Below are positions 44,795 through 54,397 of a stretch of DNA of 64,000 nucleotides, piece after piece (position 1 is the stretch's first letter; the number at the start of each line of letters is the position of its first letter). Source of the DNA: Myxococcota bacterium (GTDB taxonomy: Bacteria > Myxococcota_A > UBA9160 > JAFDDA01); the NCBI GenBank assembly GCA_965228475.1, contig OZ245817.1, forward strand, positions 3,488,001 through 3,552,000, read 5' to 3'. The notes under the pieces are model-generated. The model searched no databases, was not told the DNA's origin, and saw only the letters and a list, made by a program, of their open reading frames with translations. A program made the position numbers and the translations under genes.

Positions 44795-45661
44795 CTAGAC
44801 TTTCGAAATCACCTCGTCGCCGAAGCGGAGCATCGCATCTCGCTTCTGCGCGGGCGTGCTGGTCGGCCCGAGCGTGTAGCTGAAGGGCCAGCAGGTCGTG
44901 GCGGTCATGCCCTCGTCGCCGAGCTTGCGAAGCAGCTCGAGGTCCGGCGGCACCGTGAGCGGAACGATCGTCTCGAAGGGTTCGCCGCTGCGCCCCGCTT
45001 CCTCGCGAAGGCCGCGAAGCTGCTCGAGGATCCCGGGCACCTCGTCCGGGGCCTGGCCGGTGCCGATCCAGCCGTCGCCGAGCGCCGCGGCGCGCTTGAA
45101 GGCGGCCCGCGAGACGCCGCCGACGCAGATCGGCACGCCGACCCCGGGCGCCGGCGTCATCTGGAAGGAGCCGATCCGGAAGTGCTCGCCCCAGTGCTCG
45201 GACATCTCCCCCGTCCAGGCCTTGCGCATCACCTCGAACATCTCGTTCATGCGCTTGCCGCGGGTCTCGAACCGCACGCCGAGGGCGTCGTACTCCTCGC
45301 GGATCCAGCCGGCGCCGACGCCGAGCATCACGCGGCCGCCCGACATGCGCGCGACGTTGCCCACCGTCTTCGCCACCTCGAGCGGATGCCGGAGCGGCAG
45401 GATGTAGACCATCGTGCCGAAGCGCAGGCGCTCGGTGACCGCCGCCATCGCCGCGATGGTGGTCCACGGCTCCGGGAACGGCGAGTCGCCGTCGAAGGCG
45501 GGCTTCCCGTCGTCGGAGTACGGGTAGTGGGATTCGAGCTTCCCCGGAAAGAACAGGTGGTCTGAAAGGAGGACCCCCTCGAAGCCCGCCTCCTCGGCAC
45601 CGCGCGCGATGTCGAGGAGCTGATCGGGCTCGGCGAAGGACGCGACCTGCCAGAACTTCAT
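44795..45661 (-). CDS. LLM-class putative F420-dependent oxidoreductase
   Basis: AEEAGF..SDH, EPWTTIAAMAAVT, LRHP..VAK, GAGWIREEY. Confidence 0.9.
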   Translation of the reverse strand: MKFWQVASFAEPDQLLDIARGAEEAGFEGVLLSDHLFFPGKLESHYPYSDDGKPAFDGDSPFPEPWTTIAAMAAVTERLRFGTMVYILPLRHPLEVAKTVGNVARMSGGRVMLGVGAGWIREEYDALGVRFETRGKRMNEMFEVMRKAWTGEMSEHWGEHFRIGSFQMTPAPGVGVPICVGGVSRAAFKRAAALGDGWIGTGQAPDEVPGILEQLRGLREEAGRSGEPFETIVPLTVPPDLELLRKLGDEGMTATTCWPFSYTLGPTSTPAQKRDAMLRFGDEVISKV

Positions 45662-45669
45662 GGGGGCTC

Positions 45670-46455
45670 CTAGGGGTGTTGGCTCGAGACCGAGACGACC
45701 TCGCCCGTCATGTAGGACGAGTACCCGCTCGCGAGGAAGACGATCACGTTGGCGACCTCCCAGACCTCGGCGCCGCGGCCGAAGGCCTCGCGCGCCTCGA
45801 GCTCGTCGAGGAGCTCCTGGGGCGTCACCTTGGCGAGGAAGGGATGCGTGGCGAGGCTCGGGGCGACCGCGTTGATGCGCACGCCGTGCTCCGCCGCCTC
45901 GAGCGCCGAGCAGCGGGTCAATGCCATCACGCCGGCCTTGGCCGCCGCGTAGTGGGCCTGCCCCTTCTGCGCGCGCCAGCCGAGCACCGAGGCGTTGTTC
46001 ACGATCACGCCGGCGCCGCGCTCGATCATGTGCGGGAGCATCGCGCGCGTCATGCGGAAGGTCCCGGTGAGCGTGATCTCGAGGACGTCGTACCACTGGG
46101 CGTCCGTCATCTCGACGACGTTCGCGGTGCCGCCGAGGCCCGCGTTGTTCACCAGCACGTCGACGTGGCCGAGCTCCTCGATCGCGCCCGCGATGAGCGC
46201 CTGCACGCCCTCCTCTTCCCGGACGTTGCACAGACGGCTCGGGGGCGGCGCACCGGCCACCTCCGCGAGACGCTCGACGGCCTCCCCCAGCCGCCGCTCG
46301 TGGATGTCGCTCACCAACACGCGCGCGCCCTCTTCCAGGCAGCGCTTCGCGGTGGCGAAGCCGATCCCCGTCCCCGCCGCGGCGGTGACGAGGACGTTCT
46401 TCCCGGCGAGCAGGTCGTGCCCGGGCTCGTAGGGCGGCGGCGGTTGCGGGCTCAT
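45670..46455 (-). CDS. ipdF: IpdF-like SDR (HIP pathway)
   Basis: VLVTAAAGTGIGF, SDIHERRL, NNASVLGWRAQ, EVVSVSSQHP. Confidence 0.88.
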   Translation of the reverse strand: MSPQPPPPYEPGHDLLAGKNVLVTAAAGTGIGFATAKRCLEEGARVLVSDIHERRLGEAVERLAEVAGAPPPSRLCNVREEEGVQALIAGAIEELGHVDVLVNNAGLGGTANVVEMTDAQWYDVLEITLTGTFRMTRAMLPHMIERGAGVIVNNASVLGWRAQKGQAHYAAAKAGVMALTRCSALEAAEHGVRINAVAPSLATHPFLAKVTPQELLDELEAREAFGRGAEVWEVANVIVFLASGYSSYMTGEVVSVSSQHP

Positions 46456-46474
46456 GCGGTCCTCGCTGCGGAGT

Positions 46475-47671
46475 TCATGCGGGCCTCGGTTCGCGCGGCA
46501 GCCCGAGCGAACGCTCCGCGATGAGGTTGCGCTGGATCTGGTTCGTGCCCGCGTAGATCGTGTCCGAGCGGGTGAAGAGGAAGAGGCGCTGGAGCCGGGA
46601 GAGGCCGTCGGCGTCCGTCACTTCGGCCTCGGCGCCGAGCACGTCCATGGCGAGCTTGCCGAGCTCCCGGTGCCAGGTGGCCCAGAAGATCTTGGTGATC
46701 ATCGCGCCGCGCGGCGGCGCGGCATCGGCCGAGTGCGAGACCGTGCGCAGGGCGTTGTAGCGCTGGATGCGCAGGCCCATCCAGGCCTGGGCGATTCGCT
46801 GGCGGATCCGCGGGTCGCGGGCCTTGCCGTTGCGCTTCGCGATCTCGATCACCTGGTCGAGCTCGTTCTGGAAGAGCATCTGCTGGCCGAGCGTCGAGGC
46901 GCCGCGCTCGAAGGCGAGCGTCGCGTTCGCGACCTTCCAGCCGCCGTTCACCTCGCCGACGACGTTCTCGCGCGCGGTCCGCACGCCGTTGAAGAAGACC
47001 TCGCTGAACTCGCTGTCGCCGGTGATCTGGCGGATCGGGCGGATCTCGATGCCCTCGGCGTCCATCGGGACCAGCAGGTAGGAGATGCCGGCCTGCTTCG
47101 GCTTCGCCTCCGGGTCGGTCCGGCACAGCACGAAGCACCAGTCGCTCCACTGGGCCCAGGAGGTCCAAACCTTCTGGCCGTCGATCACCCACTCGTCGCC
47201 ATCGAGCACCGCGCGGGTCTGCACGTTCGCGAGATCCGAGCCCGCGTTCGGTTCGGAGTAGCCCTGGCACCAGAACTCCTTGCCCCTCAGGATCGGCGGA
47301 AGGAAGCGCCGCTTCTGCTCGTCGCTCCCGCAGAGCAGGACGGTCGGGCCGAGCAGCCCCTCACCGATGTGCCCCATTCGGCCGGGCGCGTGGGCGCGGG
47401 CGTACTCCTCGTAGAAGATCATTTGCTGGGAAAGCGGAAGGTCCCGGCCGCCGACGTCCGCGCCCGGAATCTCCCGGGGCCAGCCGAGGCCGATCCAGCC
47501 GGCCGCGCCAAGGGCGCGCTCGAAGGCCTTGCGCTCCTCGACGAAGGCGTGTTCGTCGCCGGGGCCGCCCCGGCCGCGCAGCTCGGCGAACTCGCCGGCC
47601 AGGGCGTGCTCGAGCCAGCCGCGCACCTCGCTTCGGAAGTCTTCGTCTTCCTTCGAGAATCGGACGTCCAG
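46475..47671 (-). CDS. fadE30: Acyl-CoA dehydrogenase FadE30/IpdE1-like; probable CTG start
   Basis: LRGRGGPGDEH, WCQGYSEPNAGSDLA, FERGASTLGQQ, FLFTRSDTIYAG; GGAGG-N7-CTG. Confidence 0.83.
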   Translation of the reverse strand: MDVRFSKEDEDFRSEVRGWLEHALAGEFAELRGRGGPGDEHAFVEERKAFERALGAAGWIGLGWPREIPGADVGGRDLPLSQQMIFYEEYARAHAPGRMGHIGEGLLGPTVLLCGSDEQKRRFLPPILRGKEFWCQGYSEPNAGSDLANVQTRAVLDGDEWVIDGQKVWTSWAQWSDWCFVLCRTDPEAKPKQAGISYLLVPMDAEGIEIRPIRQITGDSEFSEVFFNGVRTARENVVGEVNGGWKVANATLAFERGASTLGQQMLFQNELDQVIEIAKRNGKARDPRIRQRIAQAWMGLRIQRYNALRTVSHSADAAPPRGAMITKIFWATWHRELGKLAMDVLGAEAEVTDADGLSRLQRLFLFTRSDTIYAGTNQIQRNLIAERSLGLPREPRPA

Positions 47672-47727
47672 GGGAGAGCCTCCGCGGGCCCGCCCCCAGG
47701 GTTCGGGGCCGGGATCCGCGGAGGGAG

Positions 47728-47755
47728 AATACGATACGATACGATCCGTATGCAA
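47728..47755. promoter_or_regulatory. Shared operator/promoter motif, copy B (fadE30/fadD3 divergon)
   Basis: AATACGATACGATACGATCCGTATGCAA; ATACG-N8-CGTAT inverted arms. Confidence 0.65.
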
Positions 47756-47790
47756 GGCGCCCGGAGGCGCCCTGCGCCGCCGGAGGCCCC

Positions 47791-49359
47791 TTGGAATCCA
47801 CGATCCCCCGCCTGCTCTTCGCCTCGGCCGAGCGCTTCGGCGCTGCCCACGCCATCGAGGACGGCCCGACCACGCTCACCTTCCGCGAGCTCGCGGAGCG
47901 CAGCACCCGCGCTTGCCGGGCGCTCCTCGCCTTCGGCCTCGAACCCGGGGAGCGGGTCGCGATCTGGGCACCGAACCGTTGGGAGTGGGTCGTGGCCGCG
48001 CTCGGCGTGCAGATGGCCGGCGGCGCGATCGTCACCCTGAACACACGCTACAAGGGCAGCGAAGCGGCCTACCAAATTCGCAAGTGCCGCACGCGCGTGC
48101 TGTTCACCGTCGGCGAGTTCCTCGACTTCCGCTACGTAGACGCCCTGGCCGAGCAGGACGTGCCGGCCCTCGAGCGCATCGTCACCTTCGACGGCGATGC
48201 GGCCGGGGCGCAGTCCTTCGAGGCCTTCCTCGCCGAGGGCGACGCGGTCCCGGCCGAGGCCGCCCGCGAGCGCGCGCTCTCCGTCGATCCGGAGGACGTC
48301 GCGGACCTGATCTTCACCTCGGGCACCACCGGCCACCCGAAGGCCGTGATGGCCACGCACCACCAGAACCTGCGGAGCTTCGAGGTGTGGAGCACCGTCG
48401 TCGGCCTGCGCGAAGGCGACCGCTACCTGATCGTGAACCCGTTCTTCCATTCCTTCGGGTACAAGGCCGGCTGGCTCGCCTGCCTGATGATGGGCGCGAC
48501 CGCCCTGCCCCACCCGGTCTTCGACGTGGGCCAGGTGCTCGAACGCATCGGCAAGGAGCGCATCACGGCGATCCCGGGCGCGCCGAGCCTCTACCAGTCC
48601 CTGCTCGCCCACCCGGACTACGCGCGATTCGACCTCTCGAGCCTGCGCCTCGCGGTGACCGGCGCCGCGCCGATCCCCGTCGAACTGATCGAACGCATGC
48701 GCACGGAGCTCGGCTTCGAGACCGTCGTGACGGCCTACGGCTTGACCGAAGCGACGGGCACCGTCTCCATCTGCGACCCGACGGACGACCCGGAGACGAT
48801 CTCGACGACCTCCGGCAAGCCCATCCCCGACATCGAGGTGAAGTGCGTCGACGAAGCGGGCCGTGAAGTTCCGCGCGGCGAGCCGGGCGAGATCTGGGTG
48901 CGCGGCTACAACGTCATGAAGGGCTACTTCGAGGACGAAGCCGCCACGCGCGAGGCGATCGACCCGGAGGGCTGGCTCCACACCGGTGACATCGCCACGA
49001 TGGACGAGCGCGGCTACCTGACCATCACCGACCGCCTGAAGGACATGTTCATCATGGGCGGCTTCAACTGCTATCCGGCGGAGATCGAGAGCCTGCTCTT
49101 CGAGATGCCGGGCGTCGCCCAGGCCGCGGTGATCGGCGTCCCGGACGAGCGCATGGGCGAGGTCGGCATGGCCTTCGTCGTCCCGAACGCCGGCGCCGAG
49201 CTCGACGAGGCCGGGGTCGTCGCCTGGGCACGCGAGCACATGGCGAACTTCAAGGTGCCCCGGCACGTCGCGATCCTCGAAGCGCTGCCGATGAACCTCT
49301 CGGGCAAGGTGCTGAAGAACGAGCTGCGCGAGGAAGCGGCGCGCCGGCTCGGGGCCTGA
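47791..49359 (+). CDS. fadD3: FadD3-like acyl-CoA (HIP-CoA) synthetase
   Basis: NTRYKG.EA, FTSGTTGHPK, NPFFHSFGYKAG, GGFNCYPAEIE; divergent from fadE30-ipdF as in mycobacteria. Confidence 0.83.
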   Translation: MESTIPRLLFASAERFGAAHAIEDGPTTLTFRELAERSTRACRALLAFGLEPGERVAIWAPNRWEWVVAALGVQMAGGAIVTLNTRYKGSEAAYQIRKCRTRVLFTVGEFLDFRYVDALAEQDVPALERIVTFDGDAAGAQSFEAFLAEGDAVPAEAARERALSVDPEDVADLIFTSGTTGHPKAVMATHHQNLRSFEVWSTVVGLREGDRYLIVNPFFHSFGYKAGWLACLMMGATALPHPVFDVGQVLERIGKERITAIPGAPSLYQSLLAHPDYARFDLSSLRLAVTGAAPIPVELIERMRTELGFETVVTAYGLTEATGTVSICDPTDDPETISTTSGKPIPDIEVKCVDEAGREVPRGEPGEIWVRGYNVMKGYFEDEAATREAIDPEGWLHTGDIATMDERGYLTITDRLKDMFIMGGFNCYPAEIESLLFEMPGVAQAAVIGVPDERMGEVGMAFVVPNAGAELDEAGVVAWAREHMANFKVPRHVAILEALPMNLSGKVLKNELREEAARRLGA

Positions 49360-49367
49360 ACCGCTCG

Positions 49368-50879
49368 GTGGCGGACGGGGCCCTCGATACGTCGAGTCTC
49401 TGGCGGCTCGTCGAGACGCGCGCGGCCACGACCCCCGAAGCGCTCTTCGCCGTCGACGAGGCCGGCCGCGCCCTCACCTTCGCCGAGTACCACGAGCGCG
49501 CGCTCGGCGTCGCCGCCGCCCTCCACGCCGAAGGGCTCTCCTCCGGCGACGTCGTGTCCTGGCAGCTCCCGACGAACCTCGAAGCCCTGATCCTCTCCGC
49601 GGCCCTCGCCCGCGTCGGCGCCGTGCAGAACCCGATCCTCCCGATCTATCGCCAGCGCGAGGTCGGCTTCGTCGTGAGGCAGGCGGGCGCGAAGCGCCTC
49701 GCCGTCCCCGAGACGTTCCGCGGCTTCGCCCACGGCGCGATGGCGCGTGCGATCGCGGAGGACCTCCCCGGCCTGGAGCCGTGGATCGTCGGCGAGACGC
49801 TCCCCACGGGCGACCCGTCGAGCCTTCCGCCGTACGAAGCCCCCGGGCCGCGCGACACCCGCTTTCTCTTCTACACGTCGGGAACCACGGCGGATCCGAA
49901 GGGCGCCCGGCATTCGGACGCGACGCTGCTGGCGGTCGGCCGCGCTCTACACGAACGGCTCGCACTCGAGAGCGACGATCGCATCGCCCTCGTCTTTCCT
50001 TTCACCCACGTCGGCGGCGTCGGCTGGCTGCTCGCAGGGCTCCTTGCCGGCTGCGCGCAGATCGTGATTCCGACCTTCGGACCGGAGGCGATCTCGGTGC
50101 TGGCCCGCCACGGCGTCACCCAGGGAACGGCGGGCACGGCCTTCCACCAGGCCTACCTCGCCGCCCAGCGCGAGCGCGGCGGGGAACCGGTCTTCCCGCG
50201 CATCCGCACCTTCCCCGGCGGCGGCGCCCCGAAACCTCCCGCCCTGCACTACGAGATCAAGCGCGAGCTCGGCGGCGCCGGCATCGTCTCCGGCTACGGC
50301 CTCACCGAATGCCCCATCGCGACCATGGGCGCCGCCGACGACCCGGACGAGCGCCTCGCCGAAACCGAAGGCCGCGCCACCCGCGGCGTCGAGATCCGCA
50401 CGAGCCCCGAAGGCGAGATCCGCCTGAAGGGCCCGCAGCTCTGCCTCGGCTACCTCGACCCTGCCCTCGACGCCGCCGCCTTCGACGAAGCGGGCTTCTT
50501 CAAGACCGGCGACCTCGGCCACCTCACCGAGGACGGCTACCTCGTCGTCACCGGGCGACTGAAGGACGTCATCATCCGCAAGGGCGAGAACATCAGCGCC
50601 AAGGAGATCGAAGACCTCCTGCACGAGCACCCGAAGGTCGCGGAGTGCGCGGTCGTCGGCCTGCCCGACCCCGCGAGCGGCGAACGCGCCTGCGCCGTGG
50701 TGGTCGCCTCGGATCCGAGTTCGCCCCTCTCCTTCGAAGAGATGGAGAGCTTCCTCCGCGAGCGCGAGCTGATGACCCAGAAGATCCCGGAGCAGCTCGA
50801 GACCCTCGACGTGCTCCCCCGGAACCCGACGGGCAAGGTCCTGAAGCATGCGCTCCGGGAACGCTTCGAGCGCGCCTAG
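49368..50879 (+). CDS. AMP-binding acyl-CoA ligase
   Basis: YTSGTTADPKG, GYGLTE, TGD, IIRKGENISAKEIE. Confidence 0.9.
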   Translation: MADGALDTSSLWRLVETRAATTPEALFAVDEAGRALTFAEYHERALGVAAALHAEGLSSGDVVSWQLPTNLEALILSAALARVGAVQNPILPIYRQREVGFVVRQAGAKRLAVPETFRGFAHGAMARAIAEDLPGLEPWIVGETLPTGDPSSLPPYEAPGPRDTRFLFYTSGTTADPKGARHSDATLLAVGRALHERLALESDDRIALVFPFTHVGGVGWLLAGLLAGCAQIVIPTFGPEAISVLARHGVTQGTAGTAFHQAYLAAQRERGGEPVFPRIRTFPGGGAPKPPALHYEIKRELGGAGIVSGYGLTECPIATMGAADDPDERLAETEGRATRGVEIRTSPEGEIRLKGPQLCLGYLDPALDAAAFDEAGFFKTGDLGHLTEDGYLVVTGRLKDVIIRKGENISAKEIEDLLHEHPKVAECAVVGLPDPASGERACAVVVASDPSSPLSFEEMESFLRERELMTQKIPEQLETLDVLPRNPTGKVLKHALRERFERA

Positions 50880-51679
50880 CCGGAGGTGGAAGCGGCGGGG
50901 TGCTGCTTCGCGTGCCGCTCGGCCGCGAGCTTGCTCTGGTAGCCCGACTGCAGGACGTCGACGAGGACCATCACGACCACGGCGAAGTAGAAGGTCGACT
51001 TCGCCATGGGCTCCACGGCGTAGCCGAGGAGCTTCAGGTGGGCGACGTGGCCGCCCTCCCCGAGCAGCACCACGCCGACGATCAGCAGGATGAACAGGCC
51101 GAGCACCTCGTACTTCCGGTTCTTCTCGATGAACTCGGAGACCTGGTCGGCCAGGAGCAGCATGGCGATGCCCGAGGATACGATCGCGATGGCGAGGACC
51201 GCGAAGACCTGGGTGATCGCCAGCGCCGAGAGGATCGAATCGAACGAGAAGATCAGGTTCATGGTGACGATGAGCGCCACCACCTGTGCGGCCGACTTCG
51301 CCGACCGGTCGCGATCCTTCTCGAGATGCTCGATGGCGAGCAGGTGACTGATCTCCTTGATGGCCGTGTACATCAGGAACGCACCGCCCAGCAGGAAGAC
51401 CACGGACGCGAAGTTGAACGCGCCCTCGAAGACGCCTTCCCAGCGCAGCTCGAACCACACGCCGGTGAACCGGTCGAGCAGGTTCATGATCAGGAACAGG
51501 AGCACCACCCGCAGCCCGACGGCAATCAGGATGCCCCAGCGGCGCACGGCGGCCTGGGAGCCCTCGGGCGCGCGCTGCGACTCGATCGAGATGTAGAGCA
51601 GGTTGTCGAAACCGAGGACGGCCTGGAGGAAGATCAGCATCCCCAGGTTGGCCGCGTTCTCCAGCGTAAACAGATCCAT
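50876..51679 (-). CDS. TerC family membrane protein
   Basis: LQAVLGFDNLLYI, NLIFSFDSILSA. Confidence 0.9.
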   Translation of the reverse strand: MDLFTLENAANLGMLIFLQAVLGFDNLLYISIESQRAPEGSQAAVRRWGILIAVGLRVVLLFLIMNLLDRFTGVWFELRWEGVFEGAFNFASVVFLLGGAFLMYTAIKEISHLLAIEHLEKDRDRSAKSAAQVVALIVTMNLIFSFDSILSALAITQVFAVLAIAIVSSGIAMLLLADQVSEFIEKNRKYEVLGLFILLIVGVVLLGEGGHVAHLKLLGYAVEPMAKSTFYFAVVVMVLVDVLQSGYQSKLAAERHAKQHPAASTSG

Positions 51680-51833
51680 GGTCCACCGCCCTTCTTGGGC
51701 CGCGGATTCTAACCACAGGGCGCGGGCTTCGGGAAGTGGCGAATGCCGGGTGACGCTTTTCACGCAGGCCGCATTGACGAGACGGGACCCGCCCGTCCAG
51801 GCCGGGCTGCCCCGCTATGCGAAGGAGACCACC

Positions 51834-52079
51834 ATGGACCTCTTGATCCTCCTGCTCACCGGCCTCGTGATCGGGGCTCTCGCCAAGTTCCTGATGCCGG
51901 GCGACGACCCGGGCGGAATCATCGTGACCACGCTGCTCGGCATCGCCGGCGCCTTCGTCGGCGGCTTCGCCTCCTCGGCCGTAGGCCTCGAGATGGGCGG
52001 CGTCGGCAACATGCTCGCCGCCATCGCGGGCGCCATGCTGCTGCTCGCGGGCTACCGCGTGGTGGCCGGGAAGCGCTGA
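51834..52079 (+). CDS. GlsB/YeaQ/YmgE (transglycosylase-associated) membrane protein
   Basis: GLVIGALAKFLMPGDDPGGIIVTTLLGIAGAFVGG; RBS AAGGAG. Confidence 0.9.
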   Translation: MDLLILLLTGLVIGALAKFLMPGDDPGGIIVTTLLGIAGAFVGGFASSAVGLEMGGVGNMLAAIAGAMLLLAGYRVVAGKR

Positions 52080-52083
52080 GGCC

Positions 52084-52905
52084 CTACAGGTTCATCTGCT
52101 TCGGCGGGCGGACGACGATCTGCTCGACGTTGACCTGGATGGGCTGGGTCACGGCGTAGTAGACGGATTCGGCGACGTCGGTGGGGTCACAGAGCATCTG
52201 GGAAAGCTGGTTCTGGAGCTTCTCGAAGACCTCGTCGGGCAGCTTCTCCCCTTGTTTCACCTCGACGTCGATGCCCGTCATCTTGGTGAAGCCCTGGAGG
52301 AACTCGGGGGCGAAGTTGCGTGCGAAGTTGGTCGCGATGGCGCCCGGCATCACGGTGCAGACGCGGATCGAATCCTCTTCGAGCTCCTCGCGCAGGGTCG
52401 AGCTGATCGCGTTGACCGCGTGCTTGGTCGAGCCGTAGACGCCGGAGTTCGAGCGGAGCGCCGCGACCGAGGAGACGTTGACGATGTGGCCGTCGCTCTC
52501 GGTCTCGCGCATGGCCTTGACCGCGGCCTGGCAGCCGGCGAGCAGCGCGATGACGTTCACGTCGAACATCTCCTGCCATTCCTCAGGGTCGGCCTCGGTG
52601 ATCTTGCTCGGGTAGGAGAGCCCGGCGTTGTTCACCATGATGTCGAGGCGCCCGGTGCCGTCGGCGACCTCGGCGACGAGTTCCTGGAGCCGCGCCGTAT
52701 CGCGCACATCCATGGCCTGAACGCTCGCGCGGCCGCCCGCTTCCTCGATCACCTTCTGGGAGGCTTCCATCGGCGCCGCGCTGCGGCCGACGAGCACCAC
52801 GCGCGCTCCGGCGCGGCCGAGCCGCTCGGCGATGGCGCGGCCGATCCCGCTGCTGGCTCCGGTGACGATCGCGGTCTTGCCGACGAGGGCGGGGGCTTCG
52901 CTCAT
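52084..52905 (-). CDS. SDR oxidoreductase
   Basis: TGASSGIG, NNAG, YGSTK. Confidence 0.92.
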   Translation of the reverse strand: MSEAPALVGKTAIVTGASSGIGRAIAERLGRAGARVVLVGRSAAPMEASQKVIEEAGGRASVQAMDVRDTARLQELVAEVADGTGRLDIMVNNAGLSYPSKITEADPEEWQEMFDVNVIALLAGCQAAVKAMRETESDGHIVNVSSVAALRSNSGVYGSTKHAVNAISSTLREELEEDSIRVCTVMPGAIATNFARNFAPEFLQGFTKMTGIDVEVKQGEKLPDEVFEKLQNQLSQMLCDPTDVAESVYYAVTQPIQVNVEQIVVRPPKQMNL

Positions 52906-52961
52906 GGGGTCCTCCGAATGGGCGGGCGCGAGATCCAGCTCGTTCGCGAGAGCGGAGGGTA

Positions 52962-53552
52962 TCAGGTCTCGGCGAGCAGGCTCCGAACGGCCTGCGCGAT
53001 GCTGCGCTTCGTACCTTCGAGGGGCAGGCCCTGATGCACCCGCAGATGATCGAAGGTCTCGAAGGAGAGGAGCGCATCGAGTGCCGCGATCAACTCGGGC
53101 GAAGCGCCCTCGAGCTCCGGCGCAAATGCGGCCCGCATCTGCTCCCGGAGCTGCGCCCGGGTCTCCCGGTCGCGCTCGCGGTCTTTCGGGAGCGGCCGGG
53201 CCGAACGCAGCACGGCGCGCCGGAGGGGTCTCACGATCTCCGCGGCCTCCGCCCGGCGGTCGACGAGGTCCGCCACGCGGTCGGCGAGGTCCCCCTCGAA
53301 CGGTCCGCGCAGGAGGATCGGGGCGACCTGGCCGCGCACGTGTGCGGTGACCGCCTCGCTCATCCCGTCGAGATCCCCGAAGTGGCGGAAGAGCGTGCTC
53401 AGGCTGACCCCGGCCTCAGCGGCGATCCGCTCGGCCGTGATCTCGATCTCCGGGTTCGAGAGCGCGCGCACGACCGCCTCGATCATCCGCTCCCGGCTCC
53501 GCTGGGAGCGGAGATGGCGGCCATCCTCGCGGCCCGGAGTGCTATCGGACAC
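52962..53552 (-). CDS. TetR/AcrR family regulator
   Basis: DGRHLRSQRSRE, IAAEAGVSLSTLFRHF. Confidence 0.9.
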   Translation of the reverse strand: MSDSTPGREDGRHLRSQRSRERMIEAVVRALSNPEIEITAERIAAEAGVSLSTLFRHFGDLDGMSEAVTAHVRGQVAPILLRGPFEGDLADRVADLVDRRAEAAEIVRPLRRAVLRSARPLPKDRERDRETRAQLREQMRAAFAPELEGASPELIAALDALLSFETFDHLRVHQGLPLEGTKRSIAQAVRSLLAET

Positions 53553-53570
53553 GGTATCCCCCCGGGAAAT

Positions 53571-53619
53571 TGAGATATTGCTTCACTTGGATCATATTAT
53601 GAGATATTGACTGTCAATA
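53571..53619. promoter_or_regulatory. Putative TetR operator region
   Basis: TGAGATATTG direct repeat (53571, 53600) and palindrome TATTGAC-T-GTCAATA (53605-53619). Confidence 0.65.
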
Positions 53620-53644
53620 ACTTGATACTTCCCTGGAGGATCTC

Positions 53645-54397
53645 ATGCGGCCCAAGATAGTGAAATGTCGCCCCGGCTTCTGGCTCGTGCTCCTGTTCGC
53701 CCTGGCCCCGGCCCCCGCTTCGGCCATGGGCTTCAACTTCGAGATGCGGCAGCTGCTGCCCGGGATCAACCCCATCGCCCGCGACGTCTACGCGTGCGAG
53801 ACCTGCACCCTCGAACAGTTCGAGGCGATCCCCGTCCCGGCGGGCTGGGAGAAGGCCCCGGCGCGGACGCAGCTCTTCTCGAGCGCCATCAACCTCGGCT
53901 CGCCGGACAACGGCGTGCCGACCTCGATCGACTTCGTTCCCGACGTCCCGGGCAACGAGTTCGAGTACGTGGCCCGGGTGCTCTCGGGCACCGTCGTCGG
54001 GTTCGACCTGGGCCTCGGCCCGCTCGCGATCGCCCAGGTCCAGCGCGACGTCGAGTTCACCTACGACGCGGGCTCGGTGATCCACGAGGTCATCGACCCG
54101 ACCGGCGAGCGCTACATCCTCTTCACCTTCGACTTCGCACTCTCGGAATCGACCTACGACCTGATGGCCGAGGATTCGCTGGCGGCGCTCGCCCTGCCCG
54201 CGGGCTGGACCTACGAAAGCAGCACCCTCAGCGAGGCCCTCGTGTTCGATTCGGACGGGCTCGCCACGGTGTTCTCTCAAGGAGGCATCGCGAGCTGGCA
54301 GCGCTACGCCGGGGTGCCCGAGCCGTCGGCTGCGGCCTTGGCCCTGGCCGCCGCGATCGGGTTCGCGACGCTCACTCGCCGAGGAACTCGCGCGTGA
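53645..54397 (+). CDS. PEP-CTERM surface protein of unknown function
   Basis: Signal peptide PASA, CETC, C-terminal VPEPSAAALAL...RR. Confidence 0.82.
   Translation: MRPKIVKCRPGFWLVLLFALAPAPASAMGFNFEMRQLLPGINPIARDVYACETCTLEQFEAIPVPAGWEKAPARTQLFSSAINLGSPDNGVPTSIDFVPDVPGNEFEYVARVLSGTVVGFDLGLGPLAIAQVQRDVEFTYDAGSVIHEVIDPTGERYILFTFDFALSESTYDLMAEDSLAALALPAGWTYESSTLSEALVFDSDGLATVFSQGGIASWQRYAGVPEPSAAALALAAAIGFATLTRRGTRA

Noticed and set aside
51680..51833. yybP-ykoY manganese riboswitch upstream of terC
   Set aside because: No recognisable consensus; a TAGAAT -10 box lies close to the start, leaving no room for it
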